Shown: positions 34,367 to 46,042 of the stretch, piece after piece
Numbering within the stretch: position 1 is the first letter of the stretch
How the letters are laid out: the number at the start of each line of letters is the position of its first letter
Origin: Coraliomargarita sp.
Lineage (GTDB): Bacteria; Verrucomicrobiota; Verrucomicrobiia; Opitutales; Coraliomargaritaceae
Length of the DNA stretch: 64,000 nt
NCBI GenBank assembly: GCA_965216325.1
Contig: OZ244160.1
Span: 2,592,001 to 2,656,000 of the forward strand
Direction of reading: 5' to 3'
The notes under the pieces: model-generated
The model's database searches: none
Told to the model about the DNA's origin: nothing
The model's input: the letters and a program-made list of their open reading frames with translations, nothing else
Program-made: the position numbers and the translations under genes

Positions 34367-35251
34367 ATGAAAGACGCTCCGCAGTATTATCAGCCCCCTG
34401 ATTCACACCATCAACATCTCCAGAGTATGTATCGCTGGTTGATCGTCTTTTTTGGTAGTCTTGCGCTTCTAGCCTTACTTTCGATTGTGTTTGCCAATTC
34501 AATTGCGCGAGCCTTGCCATTTTCTATCGAGAAGCGGTTTGTTAAACCCTACGAAGTGATGGCTGAGCGCTGGTTCAGCGATGATCTCGGCGATCCTGAG
34601 GTGGAAGCCTATTTGACTAATTTAGTCGCGGACTTGGCTGTTGTGATGGAGGTGCCGGACAGCTATACGCTGTCTGTGCACTTCATTGATAGTGCAGAGG
34701 CGAATGCCTTTGCGACTTTAGGAGGGCATATTGTGATTCTTGGGGGCCTGTTTGATCGAGTTGATGACGAGAACAGTTTGGCGATGATTCTCGCTCATGA
34801 GCTTTCTCATATTAAGCATCGCGACCCCTTGGCGTCAATGGGGCGTGGTGTTGCGATTCAGATGATGCTCTCTTATTTTAGTGGCAATTCACAGCACAGC
34901 CAAAACTTGGCGAGCTTAGGTGGGCAGCTTGGCTTGCTGTCGTATAGTCGGGAGCAGGAGGAGCGGTCGGACCTTGAAGCGCTTTGTGCCTTGCAGGCTT
35001 ATTATGGTCATGTGGCTGGTTTTGATGGCTTCTTTGGCTCAATGATCGAGGAAGCGGGCCATAAAGATGAATCACTGCTTTGGCTCCAGTCTCACCCGGA
35101 TTTGACGAATCGCATCGAAAGCATGCAGGCGCTCATTGCTGTGGAGGGCTTCACTCTGGGGGGAACGAAGCCGATACCTGTGCGCATATTAAAAAAACTC
35201 TCGGAGCCGCCAGCGCATCTGATGCTACGCCGAGAGTCCGAGAGTTTCTAA
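34367..35251 (+). CDS. M48-family zinc metallopeptidase
   Basis: NAFA, LAHELSH, YSREQE..SD and SHP motifs; N-terminal TM; start taken at MKDAPQ. Confidence 0.88.
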   Translation: MKDAPQYYQPPDSHHQHLQSMYRWLIVFFGSLALLALLSIVFANSIARALPFSIEKRFVKPYEVMAERWFSDDLGDPEVEAYLTNLVADLAVVMEVPDSYTLSVHFIDSAEANAFATLGGHIVILGGLFDRVDDENSLAMILAHELSHIKHRDPLASMGRGVAIQMMLSYFSGNSQHSQNLASLGGQLGLLSYSREQEERSDLEALCALQAYYGHVAGFDGFFGSMIEEAGHKDESLLWLQSHPDLTNRIESMQALIAVEGFTLGGTKPIPVRILKKLSEPPAHLMLRRESESF

Positions 35252-35272
35252 AAGCAACGAGGAATCGTTGGA

Positions 35273-35497
35273 TTAAGATGCTTTGATCGGCAGGCCTTCT
35301 TTGTCGGTGAAATTGCCGCAGACGATCATGATGAAGTCAATGATGGTCCAGATGCCGAGGCCTCCAAGTGTGAGGAGCATGAGGATGCCGGTCCCGATTT
35401 TACCGGCATAAAAGCGGTGAATGCCAAAGCCTCCTAAGAAGAAGCAGAGTAGAACTGCGGGAACGAAGCCCTTTTCGCTAATTGCGCTATCTGTCAT
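35273..35497 (-). CDS. TM2 domain protein
   Basis: [22 protein letters not shown]...GGLGIW..ID motif. Confidence 0.9.
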   Translation of the reverse strand: MTDSAISEKGFVPAVLLCFFLGGFGIHRFYAGKIGTGILMLLTLGGLGIWTIIDFIMIVCGNFTDKEGLPIKAS

Positions 35498-35512
35498 TTT
35501 GATATGTTTGGT

Positions 35513-35806
35513 TTAGGTTAATTTTTGCCCTGGATAACAAATTGTCTTACCCCGACCGTCTTTGAAACTACCGGTCAGCAGCATAATTGTGATGATGAAG
35601 GTGTGCAGTGAATCGAGAACGAAGCACAATGCTGCCCAGCCGATCTGCCCTGTGAAGTAGAAGTAAACAGTGGCGACGAACAGGCTAAAGTCGATGGTTC
35701 CCTCAATGTAACGACCGAGATAGAAGTGGTGCACTCCCATCACGCCGAAGATGGCCGAGATGCAGACTGCGACTACATAACTTTTGTCTGAAGGTTGGAT
35801 TGGCAT
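35513..35806 (-). CDS. TM2 domain protein
   Basis: KSYVVA...FGVMGVHHFYLGR motif. Confidence 0.8.
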   Translation of the reverse strand: MPIQPSDKSYVVAVCISAIFGVMGVHHFYLGRYIEGTIDFSLFVATVYFYFTGQIGWAALCFVLDSLHTFIITIMLLTGSFKDGRGKTICYPGQKLT

Positions 35807-35979
35807 GCCTCAATCTGATATCTTGAGAAGTTTGACATGGATATGAGGGCCTAATCTCCAATACGCAACCACTTATCATTCACTGTTCATCTATAGTGTT
35901 GAGTTGTTCTACGCGCAGAGAGGAACCCCTTCGATACCTTGGATTTGCTTTTCTGGTTCCTCCGTGTGATTGTGGACTC

Positions 35980-37398
35980 ATGGGCGATGTTGTGCATGCG
36001 GACAAACCTTTGATCGCGATTGCCGGTGCGAGTGGTTTTGTGGGCACGCATTTACGGCGTTATTTGGAAAAGGACTTTAACTTTCGTGCGCTGACTCGGA
36101 GTCCAAGCGTCGTGGAACGCAATCATTCTGAGGCCTCCGTAGAATGGCAGCATTGCGATCTGTATTCGCTGCCCAAGGTAACCGAGGCCTTGGAGGGCTG
36201 TGAGTTGGGCATCTATTTGGTCCACTCGATGGCGCCTTCGAGTCGATTGATTCAGGCTGACTTTGAGGACACGGATCTACTGCTAGCTGACAATTTCATT
36301 CGTGCGGCCGAAGCGGTTGGGATCAAGCATGTGATTTATCTGAGCGGCTTGATGCCTGAGGCAGGTGTGGAGCCGTCGCCGCATTTGCGCAGTCGTTGCG
36401 AGGTAGAGGCTGTGCTGCGGAGCCGATCGGTGCAGGTCACCGTATTGCGGGCCGGCTTGATTTTTGGGCCTGGAGGCTCGTCGTTTTCGATGCTGGTCAA
36501 TCTGGTGCGCCGTTTGCCGGTGATGATCCTGCCGAAGTGGACGAGTTCGCTGACGCAGTCGATCGATGTGCAGAATGTCTGTGAAGCCTTCGAGTTGTGT
36601 TTAACCGATCCTGGGTTAGCTGGCGAAATTTATGACTTGGGCGGGCATGCGCCGATGCGTTATGCCGAAATGATTGAGGGGACGGCTCGCGCCTTAGGCC
36701 GCCGGGTGCTCTCGCTGCGTTTTCCGGCGAACTGTTTCGCGCTCTCGCGACGTTGGGTCGCGTTGTATGGTTCAGTGCCGATGGCTTTGGTCGGTCCCTT
36801 GTTGGAAAGCTTGCAATTTGATCTACAAGCTCGGCCGAATGCTTTGTTGGAACGTTTACGGGCGAACTTGATTCCCTTCGAAGAGTCCTTGCGTCGTGCG
36901 GTTCAGGATGGTGTGCCGAAGGCCAATCCGCGCGCATCGACTCAGCAGTCGGATCGGCAGCGCATTCGCAAGCAGAGTCGGGTGCGTTCAGTGCAGCGTA
37001 TGCACTTGCCAACGGGCTGTACGGCGCAGCAGGTTTCTAAGGAATATGGCGAGTGGTTGACGCGTTTTCATCTTGGTTTGATACGGGTGCCGCAGGGCGA
37101 GGATGGTGTGATTCGGTTTGTGGCCTTGGGGAAGGTCGTGCTACTGGAGTTGACGCCGACGCCGTATACGGTAGCGAACCAGCGGCGTTGTGCGTATTAT
37201 ATATCGGGAGGTGTGCTGGCGCGTGAGGTGCAGCCGCCTGGTCGTTTGGAGTTCAGGCTTTTCCCGGATAGCGGTTGCTTGATTGCATCGATCCATGGCT
37301 TTGCGCCGCGTCTGCCTTGGTGGTTTTACTGGTGCACGCAGGCCAAAATCCACCTGTTTGTGATGTGGATGTTTGGAAAGCATCTGGCCAAACAGTAA
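35980..37398 (+). CDS. NAD-dependent epimerase/atypical SDR (YbjT-like) with a C-terminal extension
   Basis: GASGFVG, YLVHSM, HLRSR.EVE and LRAGLIFG motifs. Confidence 0.8.
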   Translation: MGDVVHADKPLIAIAGASGFVGTHLRRYLEKDFNFRALTRSPSVVERNHSEASVEWQHCDLYSLPKVTEALEGCELGIYLVHSMAPSSRLIQADFEDTDLLLADNFIRAAEAVGIKHVIYLSGLMPEAGVEPSPHLRSRCEVEAVLRSRSVQVTVLRAGLIFGPGGSSFSMLVNLVRRLPVMILPKWTSSLTQSIDVQNVCEAFELCLTDPGLAGEIYDLGGHAPMRYAEMIEGTARALGRRVLSLRFPANCFALSRRWVALYGSVPMALVGPLLESLQFDLQARPNALLERLRANLIPFEESLRRAVQDGVPKANPRASTQQSDRQRIRKQSRVRSVQRMHLPTGCTAQQVSKEYGEWLTRFHLGLIRVPQGEDGVIRFVALGKVVLLELTPTPYTVANQRRCAYYISGGVLAREVQPPGRLEFRLFPDSGCLIASIHGFAPRLPWWFYWCTQAKIHLFVMWMFGKHLAKQ

Positions 37399-37462
37399 GG
37401 GGACTCGTTTAGGCTGTGTGTTCGAGGTAGCTTTTTAGGTGAAGCTGTGATTCGTTCGCCGG

Positions 37463-39502
37463 ATGTCGCGTTCTATTGTTGCTGTTAGCCTTGGTCTCTG
37501 TTGCGGAACTGTTGTTTTTGCAGCTTCGGAGTCCGTTCGCTTGCCGGAGTATCGGGTAACGGCGACGCAACTGAGTCAGCCAAGCGCTCAGGTGCCCTTT
37601 GCGGTGAGCGAGCTGACGACTGAACAAATTCAGCGAGCGTCCTTGCAGCTTTCCTTGGATGAGCCGCTGCAAACTGTGCCAGGTGTCTTTGTGCTGAATC
37701 CGTATAATTACGCTCAGGACTCACGGATTGCGATTCGCGGCTTTGGGGCGCGGGCCAATTTTGGCATTCGTGGGATTCAACTCTTTGCGGATGGGATCCC
37801 TGCGACCACTCCGGATGGTCAGGGCAGTGTCGATGCGATCGACCTCGGATCGACGGAGCGTATTGAAGTCTTCCGGGGGCCGGCTTCTGCGATCTATGGT
37901 GCGTCGTCGGGGGGAGTTATTTGGCTGGAGACCGAATCGGGGGCCGAGCAGCCATTTCTGGAAACGCGCTGGACGGCTGGGTCGGATGATCTCTTCCAAG
38001 CGCAGATTAAAGCCGGTGGACAGCATGCCGACCTCCATTATCTGTTGAGTGGTAGCTATCTGGATTACGATGGCTACCGTGATCATAGCGAAACTGAGAA
38101 TCGACGCATGAACGCGAAATTTGGCTATGCGTTCAGCGCGGATTCCGATTTGACCGCGATTGTGAATGTGATCGACATTCCGGAGCAGAATGATCCGGGC
38201 GGGCTGACACTTGAGGAGGCGAAGACGGATCCTTCGCAGGCGCGGCAACGCAATGTGGATTTCGACAGCGGCGAGTCAGTTGAGCAAACTACGTTGGGGC
38301 TAATGTATACGCACCGTTTGAGTGCGCCGCACAGTATCGAGCTGAATTCCTACTATGTGCAGCGCGATTTTGAGAATCGTCTGCCCTTTGAGTCGGGCGG
38401 ACAGGTGGCGTTCGATCGTGATTACTGGGGCGGCGGTGCGTTGTATCGCTATCGTGAGGCTCAAGTGGAAGCGGTTGTGGGTTTTAGCTATGATCTACAA
38501 CAGGACGATCGCGTTCGTTACGATAACCTTAGTGGTGTGCGGGGGGACCTGAGTTTGCAGCAAGATGAAGAGATCGAGAACCTGGGTCTCTTTGCTGTAG
38601 GCAGTCTTGCTTTGACGGATACGGTGACCGTATCTGCGGCCTTGCGACAGGACTTCACAGAATATGCGGTGAAGGATCGCTTTCTGTCGGATGGGGATGA
38701 CTCGGGCGAGCGAGACTTTGATGAGACGAGTCCACTGCTGGGTGTGATTTGGGAGTTGAGTTCCGAGCATGCGCTGTATGCGAATGTGGCGCAGTCGTTC
38801 GAAACGCCGACCAGCACGGAGTTGGCTAATCCGAGCGGTGGCGGCTTTAATGCCGACTTGGAGCCGCAGACGGCGACGAGCTATGAGTTAGGTTTGAAGG
38901 GCTCGACGCGGTGGCTGAATGAGCGTGTAGTGAGTTATGAGTTGGTCGCCTTTCATATCGAGATCGATGATTCGATTGTGCCGTATGAATTGCCGAGCGA
39001 CCCGGGGCGGGATTACTTTCGTAATGCGGGTGAGAGTGCGCGTGATGGCATTGAGGCGGCACTTCAGCTAGTGCTGTTGGGCGATCTGACGCTCGACCTG
39101 ACTTATACTTGGTCCGATTTCGAATACACCGAGTTTGAGACTGCGGCTGGTGACTTTAGCGGTAATCAGTTGCCTGGAATCCCGGAGCACTTGGCCAATC
39201 TGCAGCTGAACTACCGTCATACGAGCGGCTTGTTTGTGCGCTGGAATACGCGCTATACAGGGAGCATGCAGACGGACGATGCGAACAGCACCAAGGTCGA
39301 TGATAGCACGGTTAGTGACTTGCGGCTTAGTTGGTTACATGAGCAGGGAGGCTGGACTGTTGAACCTTACCTCGGAGTGAACAACGTCTTTGATGAGTTT
39401 TACTTCGCGAATGTTCGGATCAATGCCTTTGGCGGACGCTACTATGAACCAGCACCGGAACGTAACGCGTATGCCGGGATTCGTCTGCGCTATGCCTTTT
39501 AG
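37463..39502 (+). CDS. TonB-dependent receptor (YncD/PqqU-like)
   Basis: NYAQD.RIAIRGFGARANFGIRGI, RGPASAIYG, FETPT..EL and YYEPAPERN.Y motifs; terminal F. Confidence 0.9.
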   Translation: MSRSIVAVSLGLCCGTVVFAASESVRLPEYRVTATQLSQPSAQVPFAVSELTTEQIQRASLQLSLDEPLQTVPGVFVLNPYNYAQDSRIAIRGFGARANFGIRGIQLFADGIPATTPDGQGSVDAIDLGSTERIEVFRGPASAIYGASSGGVIWLETESGAEQPFLETRWTAGSDDLFQAQIKAGGQHADLHYLLSGSYLDYDGYRDHSETENRRMNAKFGYAFSADSDLTAIVNVIDIPEQNDPGGLTLEEAKTDPSQARQRNVDFDSGESVEQTTLGLMYTHRLSAPHSIELNSYYVQRDFENRLPFESGGQVAFDRDYWGGGALYRYREAQVEAVVGFSYDLQQDDRVRYDNLSGVRGDLSLQQDEEIENLGLFAVGSLALTDTVTVSAALRQDFTEYAVKDRFLSDGDDSGERDFDETSPLLGVIWELSSEHALYANVAQSFETPTSTELANPSGGGFNADLEPQTATSYELGLKGSTRWLNERVVSYELVAFHIEIDDSIVPYELPSDPGRDYFRNAGESARDGIEAALQLVLLGDLTLDLTYTWSDFEYTEFETAAGDFSGNQLPGIPEHLANLQLNYRHTSGLFVRWNTRYTGSMQTDDANSTKVDDSTVSDLRLSWLHEQGGWTVEPYLGVNNVFDEFYFANVRINAFGGRYYEPAPERNAYAGIRLRYAF

Positions 39503-39531
39503 CTGGCGCTCTTGTAGATAGGGCGGGCTTC

Positions 39532-39568
39532 GCCCCTCGATTGGATCGAGGCCTTGAGCTTGTCGAAA
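39532..39568 (-). repeat. Variant of the TTCGACARGCTCA palindromic module
   Basis: Reverse complement TTTCGACAAGCTCAAGGCC... matches the module at 22361. Confidence 0.65.
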
Positions 39569-39691
39569 CGGCAATCCAAGCTTCTAGGACTTATGTGCGC
39601 TTAGGCTGAAAACTGCATTTTTCTAATAAGACCTAAGTTTGTTGAAAGCAGGCTTGCGGCTCGGCCTGTGATTTGAGTCTTTGCCTGACCT

Positions 39692-40333
39692 ATGTTGATT
39701 CGAGTGCTTTTGTCTATTTGTGCTGTCTGTTGTGCATCGCTGTCCGCTGCTCCTTGGGCGGGCGACCATGTGTTTGCCTTGAAGGCGGACCTCGATGAGC
39801 AATGGACTGTGCACTCACAATCGAAAGCGGTGCTTCGCGACAACTTTAGTGAGTTTCTGGGGGGCTACACTGGGATGGGGCTCTCGTATCAGCTGACAGA
39901 GCATTGGAATGCACGCGCAGGCTACCGTCATGTTTGGGCGGATTCGGGTGAGGAGTGGTTACAGGAGAGTCGCCCCTATGCGGAGGCTGCCTATGCGCGC
40001 TCCATTGAGGGCTTTCGTGTGAAGAACCGTGGCCGTTTTGAGTATCGTGCCTTCGATTTTGAGAAGGATGACATGTTGCGCTATCGCAATCAGTTGGCGG
40101 TCGAGGCGCCCTGGAAGCTGACTGCGTTGGAATTGCAGCCCTTTGTGGAGGAGGAGGTCTTTTACAGTGTCGATGAGGAGCGGATCGACATGAATCGCTT
40201 GGGGGCGGGACTCGCCTGGCGTCCGCTGGAGGGGTTCAAACTCAAATTCGGGTATCGCTGGACATACTTTCGGTCGGGGGAGGACTTTGTTAGCCGCAAT
40301 GTGCTGACGACTGCGCTGTCGCTCGCATACTAG
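39692..40333 (+). CDS. DUF2490-like outer-membrane beta-barrel protein
   Basis: Signal peptide; E.RPY, R.RFEYR, RYRN and NR..AG pattern; terminal aromatic residue. Confidence 0.75.
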   Translation: MLIRVLLSICAVCCASLSAAPWAGDHVFALKADLDEQWTVHSQSKAVLRDNFSEFLGGYTGMGLSYQLTEHWNARAGYRHVWADSGEEWLQESRPYAEAAYARSIEGFRVKNRGRFEYRAFDFEKDDMLRYRNQLAVEAPWKLTALELQPFVEEEVFYSVDEERIDMNRLGAGLAWRPLEGFKLKFGYRWTYFRSGEDFVSRNVLTTALSLAY

Positions 40334-40397
40334 TCTTTTTGATTGCGCCGGTGCCCGCAAGGCATTGTCCTGCACGGTTTTTTACAGCGCACTACCA

Positions 40398-41981
<1,584 letters not shown>

Positions 41982-41991
41982 TCGCTCGCCT

Positions 41992-42447
41992 TTAGGCGGA
42001 ACGGCTTACTTGATCTAGTTCGGCCAGTTGAAGCGAGAGCTGTTTGGCAAAGCTCTCGACCAGCGCGATATCGCTATTGGAGAAGGGCGGGCGTAGAGAA
42101 AATGAGGTGAAATTGATCGTTCCCCACACTTGGCCATGGTTGAAAATTGGAGCGCTGATGTAGGCTTCGAGGGGCATTTTCAAGTAGAGTGGATGGCCTC
42201 TTAGGCCGGGCCGACCATCCATTTCGGTGATGGCGATGGTCCTGCGCCCAGAAACCACATCGCGGCAGTAGGTGTCTGCAAGGGGCAGTATCGAACCGAC
42301 TTCCAGTGAACCTGCTGCGCATTTGAGTGCCACGATCTCATAGTTGTCGCTATAGATGTGACTCACAATCCCTACAGGCATGTGGAGTGCGCTCATGCCT
42401 TGTTGTAGTAACTCATTACTACGTTCAGTTATGCTGTGTGGAAGCAT
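41992..42447 (-). CDS. Stand-alone GAF domain protein
   Basis: TYC.....HPLY....LEAYISAPI...G..WGTINF pattern. Confidence 0.8.
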   Translation of the reverse strand: MLPHSITERSNELLQQGMSALHMPVGIVSHIYSDNYEIVALKCAAGSLEVGSILPLADTYCRDVVSGRRTIAITEMDGRPGLRGHPLYLKMPLEAYISAPIFNHGQVWGTINFTSFSLRPPFSNSDIALVESFAKQLSLQLAELDQVSRSA

Positions 42448-42503
42448 TTTTCCTCTTGGTTAAACAGTTTAAAATAACTGCAGCAGGGAGGATTGCGAGC
42501 GAC

Positions 42504-42662
42504 TCAGTCCTTTTTTTTGCCCAGTTTGGGCTTGGGGACTTTGCAGTCAACGCTGCCGCAGCCACAGCCTTTGTCGCCTTTCTTGGGTAAGAAAATTTTG
42601 CACAGGAAAATCGTTGCTCCTGCAATGATGATTGCGACTAGAACTGTATCCAGAATGCCCAT
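42504..42662 (-). CDS. FeoB-associated Cys-rich small membrane protein, 52 aa, absent from the ORF track
   Basis: Manual translation MGILDTVLVAIIIAGATIFLCKIFLPKKGDKGCGCGSVDCKVPKPKLGKKKD; starts 4 nt after the feoB stop. Confidence 0.8.
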   Translation of the reverse strand: MGILDTVLVAIIIAGATIFLCKIFLPKKGDKGCGCGSVDCKVPKPKLGKKKD

Positions 42663-42666
42663 ACGT

Positions 42667-44832
42667 CTAGAGGAGGCGCATGCCGACTTGGTAGACTAGC
42701 ACGGCTGCGAGCCATGCGATCGTGGTTAAGCCGAAGAAGCTGGCGCATGCCCAGCGCCAGTTAAGCTCTTTGGCGATTACGGCAACGGTGGCGCCACATT
42801 GCATGCAGAGTGCGAAAAATACCATGATTGAGAGTGCGACTGGCATGTTGAAGACTTTTTGGCCTTTGAGTTTACCCGTTTCCCATGTGGCATTGCTGAG
42901 TGTGGTGCGCAGGTCATCGGACTCTTCGTCAACATCACCGCCAAGAGAGTAGGTGATACCCAGTGTGGAGACGATGATCTCTCGCGCGGGGAAACTGGCG
43001 AGCACACCGACTGTGATCTTCCAGTCGTAACCTGCGGGGGCGAACAGCGGTTGGACCGCTTTGCCGAAACGCCCCATGTAAGATTGTTCCAGGTATGTGG
43101 CATCGACTAAATGGCTGATTTCAGCTTCCACTTCCTCACTGATCTCGACATCTTGATACTGAGCTACGATCTCGCGTTCGACCGCTTCCGGGCGTGGGAA
43201 GTAGAGTAGCGCCCAGATAATAATCGACATTGCAAAGATTACGGTGCCTGCACGCATGACGAATTCCTTGCCGCTTTCATACATCCGGAAGAAGGTGTGC
43301 TTGAGGTGCGGGATCCGGTAGTGTGGTAACTCCATCACGAATGGTTCGGGAGCGACGCCTTTGCTTAGTGTTTTGTTTAGGACCCAGGCGAGCGGTGCGG
43401 CCAGGAGGGCACCGACGAAGTGCATCGCAAAGAGTGTGATACCTGCAACTGTCGGCCCGTATTGCGGTTCAACAAAGGCACCGATCAAGAGTAAGTAGAC
43501 GGGCAGGCGAGCCGAGCAACTCATCAATGGTGCGATCAGAATCGTGATTACCCGAGCCTTGTTGTCGCTGATCGTGCGCGTGGCCATAATGCCGGGAATG
43601 GCACAAGCGAAACTGGAGAGTAGGGGGACGAAGCTCTTGCCGTTGAGGCCGCACCATTGGAACAACTTATCCATGAGGAAGGCGGCGCGGGCCATGTAGC
43701 CGGACTCTTCCAGTAATGAGATGAAGAAGAAGAGCACGAGGATTTGCGGTAGAAATACTAAGAAAGAGCCCACACCGCCGATGATGCCATCGACGATTAG
43801 GCTTTGTAGCATCGGAGTGCTTGCGAGCATGCTGCTGGCGAAATCGCCGACGATCCCGACGCCTCCTTCGATCAAATCCATCAGCGGGCCCGCCCAGCTG
43901 TAGACTGATTGGAAGACGACATACATCATGCCGACAAAGATCGCGAGGCCCCAGACTTTATGGAGCAATAGATGGTCAATGCTTTCGGATTTGCTCGTCG
44001 TCTTGAGTGCTGCTTGACGCTCGAGAATGTCATTCAGTAGCGGATTGAGGAAGCGGAAACGGAGCAGGGACTCGGCCGCGTCGGGCTGATAGCCGTCTTT
44101 ATAGAGCTGGTCGCGCGCTGCTTTAATGATCGGTTTGTAAGCTTGCGCGGGGCAGGTAAGCCGTTCGCAGACGGCGCTGTCGCGGTCGAAGAGCAAGCGC
44201 TGGAGCTCGCCGTCGCGTAGGATTTCGCCGCGTTGCCCAACGAACTCGCGTTTGAGCGTGTCGAGTGCCTTTTTGACAGGCTCTGGCCAATTGGGTCGAG
44301 TCAGCATCGGGCGTGTTTCGATTGCTTGCTCGACGGCTTTGGCTAACTCCGCGGTTCCCTTTTTGTGTTTGGCTACAGTTGGGATGACGGGCACGCCGAG
44401 GCGCTGCTCCAATAACTTGCTGTCTATCTGGAGGCCTTTTTTCTCGGCGACATCCCAGCAATTGAGTGCGATAACCATCGGCACTCCAAGCTCAGAGGCT
44501 TGCGATGCAAGGAAGAGGTTGCGGCGAAGGTTTTCAACATCAACGACTACGATGATCAGGTCGGGTGATTCTTCGCCCGCACGGTGGCCTGCCAGCACGT
44601 CGACGGCTACGCGTTCGTCGAGTGAGTTCGCGCTCAGGCTGTAGGTGCCCGGTAGGTCGATGAGTTCGACATCGTTACCTTGCGGCAGTGTCCACGTGCC
44701 GGTTTTTTTCTCAACTGTGACCCCGGAGTAGTTGCCGACATGCTGACGCATGCCAGTCAAAGTATTGAAGAGCGATGTTTTACCGGTGTTTGGATTGCCG
44801 ATGAGGGCGATACGGGTCGTTTGCTCAGCCAT
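42667..44832 (-). CDS. feoB: Ferrous iron transporter B
   Basis: GNPNTGKT, VGNYSGVTVE, DLPGTYS, EESGYMARAAF and MSCSARLP motifs. Confidence 0.97.
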   Translation of the reverse strand: MAEQTTRIALIGNPNTGKTSLFNTLTGMRQHVGNYSGVTVEKKTGTWTLPQGNDVELIDLPGTYSLSANSLDERVAVDVLAGHRAGEESPDLIIVVVDVENLRRNLFLASQASELGVPMVIALNCWDVAEKKGLQIDSKLLEQRLGVPVIPTVAKHKKGTAELAKAVEQAIETRPMLTRPNWPEPVKKALDTLKREFVGQRGEILRDGELQRLLFDRDSAVCERLTCPAQAYKPIIKAARDQLYKDGYQPDAAESLLRFRFLNPLLNDILERQAALKTTSKSESIDHLLLHKVWGLAIFVGMMYVVFQSVYSWAGPLMDLIEGGVGIVGDFASSMLASTPMLQSLIVDGIIGGVGSFLVFLPQILVLFFFISLLEESGYMARAAFLMDKLFQWCGLNGKSFVPLLSSFACAIPGIMATRTISDNKARVITILIAPLMSCSARLPVYLLLIGAFVEPQYGPTVAGITLFAMHFVGALLAAPLAWVLNKTLSKGVAPEPFVMELPHYRIPHLKHTFFRMYESGKEFVMRAGTVIFAMSIIIWALLYFPRPEAVEREIVAQYQDVEISEEVEAEISHLVDATYLEQSYMGRFGKAVQPLFAPAGYDWKITVGVLASFPAREIIVSTLGITYSLGGDVDEESDDLRTTLSNATWETGKLKGQKVFNMPVALSIMVFFALCMQCGATVAVIAKELNWRWACASFFGLTTIAWLAAVLVYQVGMRLL

Positions 44833-44846
44833 GCAATCTGTTTAGC

Positions 44847-45071
44847 TTAAATGTTCTCTACGGTGATATCTGCCGCGTCGCTGAGGCGCAGACTCATGTG
44901 GCAATCATTGAATTCGATTGCGATCGGATCTCCCAGAGGGGCTTCATGGATCAAACGTATCTCTTGGCCCGGCAGTAGGCCCATTGACATCAAGCGTGCG
45001 ATACAGCTGTTTTCGCAGTTCAGTTCCGTGACCCGAAAGAGTCCTTCTTTAGTGATTTGATCGAGGCGCAT
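44847..45071 (-). CDS. feoA: FeoA protein
   Basis: RLMSMGLLPG...APLGDPI...LR motif; directly upstream of feoB. Confidence 0.93.
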   Translation of the reverse strand: MRLDQITKEGLFRVTELNCENSCIARLMSMGLLPGQEIRLIHEAPLGDPIAIEFNDCHMSLRLSDAADITVENI

Positions 45072-45083
45072 GGTAGTTCTTAG

Positions 45084-45100
45084 CTGAGAACAAGTCTCAG
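45084..45100. promoter_or_regulatory. Candidate Fur-type operator upstream of feoA
   Basis: CTGAGA-ACAAG-TCTCAG dyad 12 nt upstream of the feoA start. Confidence 0.5.
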
Positions 45101-45142
45101 TAGCGTCTCGAAAGAGAAGCAGATTTACTTCAAATGCAAGCC

Positions 45143-45679
45143 CTACAGCTCGGAACCAAAGCGTTTCTTGTGCTCGCTGGAAACCGTGACGTATTTCACC
45201 GCAAAGTCTTTGGTCTTTTCGCGTTCCTCGGCTGAGAGGGCTCTCACGACCTTAGCTGGGGCACCGAGCACCAGTGAGCCTTCTGGGATTTTGGTTCCTT
45301 TGGTCACAAGCGCTCCTGCTCCGATGATGGATTGAGTGCCGATGACGGCTCCGTCTAAAATGGTCGCTTGCATTCCGATTAGGCATTCGTCGCCGATCTC
45401 GCAGGCATGAATCATTGCAGCGTGGCCGATTGTTACAAACTTGCCCACTTTGACCCCATAGTCGTCGGAGAGGTGGACAATGGTGCCATCTTGCACATTG
45501 GAGCCTTCGCCGATCTCGATCGTGTTGATGTCGCCGCGCAGCACCGAACCGTGCCAGACGCTTGCATTTTTACCAAGCTTGACTGCGCCGATGACGATTG
45601 CGCCTTTGGCGACGTAAGCAGATTCGTCCACTTTCGGTGATTGATCCAAGTAGGTTTCGATGCGTTCTTTAGTTGTCAT
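45143..45679 (-). CDS. Gamma carbonic anhydrase family protein
   Basis: VLRGD, SNVQDG..VH, TIGH.A.IH.C and GAPAKVVR motifs. Confidence 0.92.
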   Translation of the reverse strand: MTTKERIETYLDQSPKVDESAYVAKGAIVIGAVKLGKNASVWHGSVLRGDINTIEIGEGSNVQDGTIVHLSDDYGVKVGKFVTIGHAAMIHACEIGDECLIGMQATILDGAVIGTQSIIGAGALVTKGTKIPEGSLVLGAPAKVVRALSAEEREKTKDFAVKYVTVSSEHKKRFGSEL

Positions 45680-45848
45680 GGGTGCAAGCTAAGTTGAATC
45701 GAATGTGAGTGGAAAGCAGGAAGGGCGATTTTGACGCTAGTTAGCAGTAAAAATCATCAAAACATTGACAGAGTGTAATAAATTTATCCTTATGCACGGC
45801 TTCCATAAGTAGGGGCATGCTTCAAGGAGGAGCTGCTTCTATTTTACT

Positions 45849-45933
<85 letters not shown>

Positions 45934-45940
45934 GTAGATT

Positions 45941-45965
45941 GGCCCGCATTGCTGCGGGCTTTTTT
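45941..45965 (+). terminator. Terminator after tRNA-Leu
   Basis: GGCCCGCA-TTGC-TGCGGGCT followed by a T tract. Confidence 0.85.
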
Positions 45966-46042
45966 GTTTTTGTCAGCGCGGTCCTGCCACATTCCTGCCA
46001 TTTTTATTTGCTCTGGTGAATGGAAAGTAACCGCACAGGCCA

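Noticed and set aside
45765..45792. Sigma70 promoter for tRNA-Leu (TTGACA at 45765)
   Set aside because: The -35 is perfect but there is no convincing -10 at 16-18 bp spacing, so it was not called
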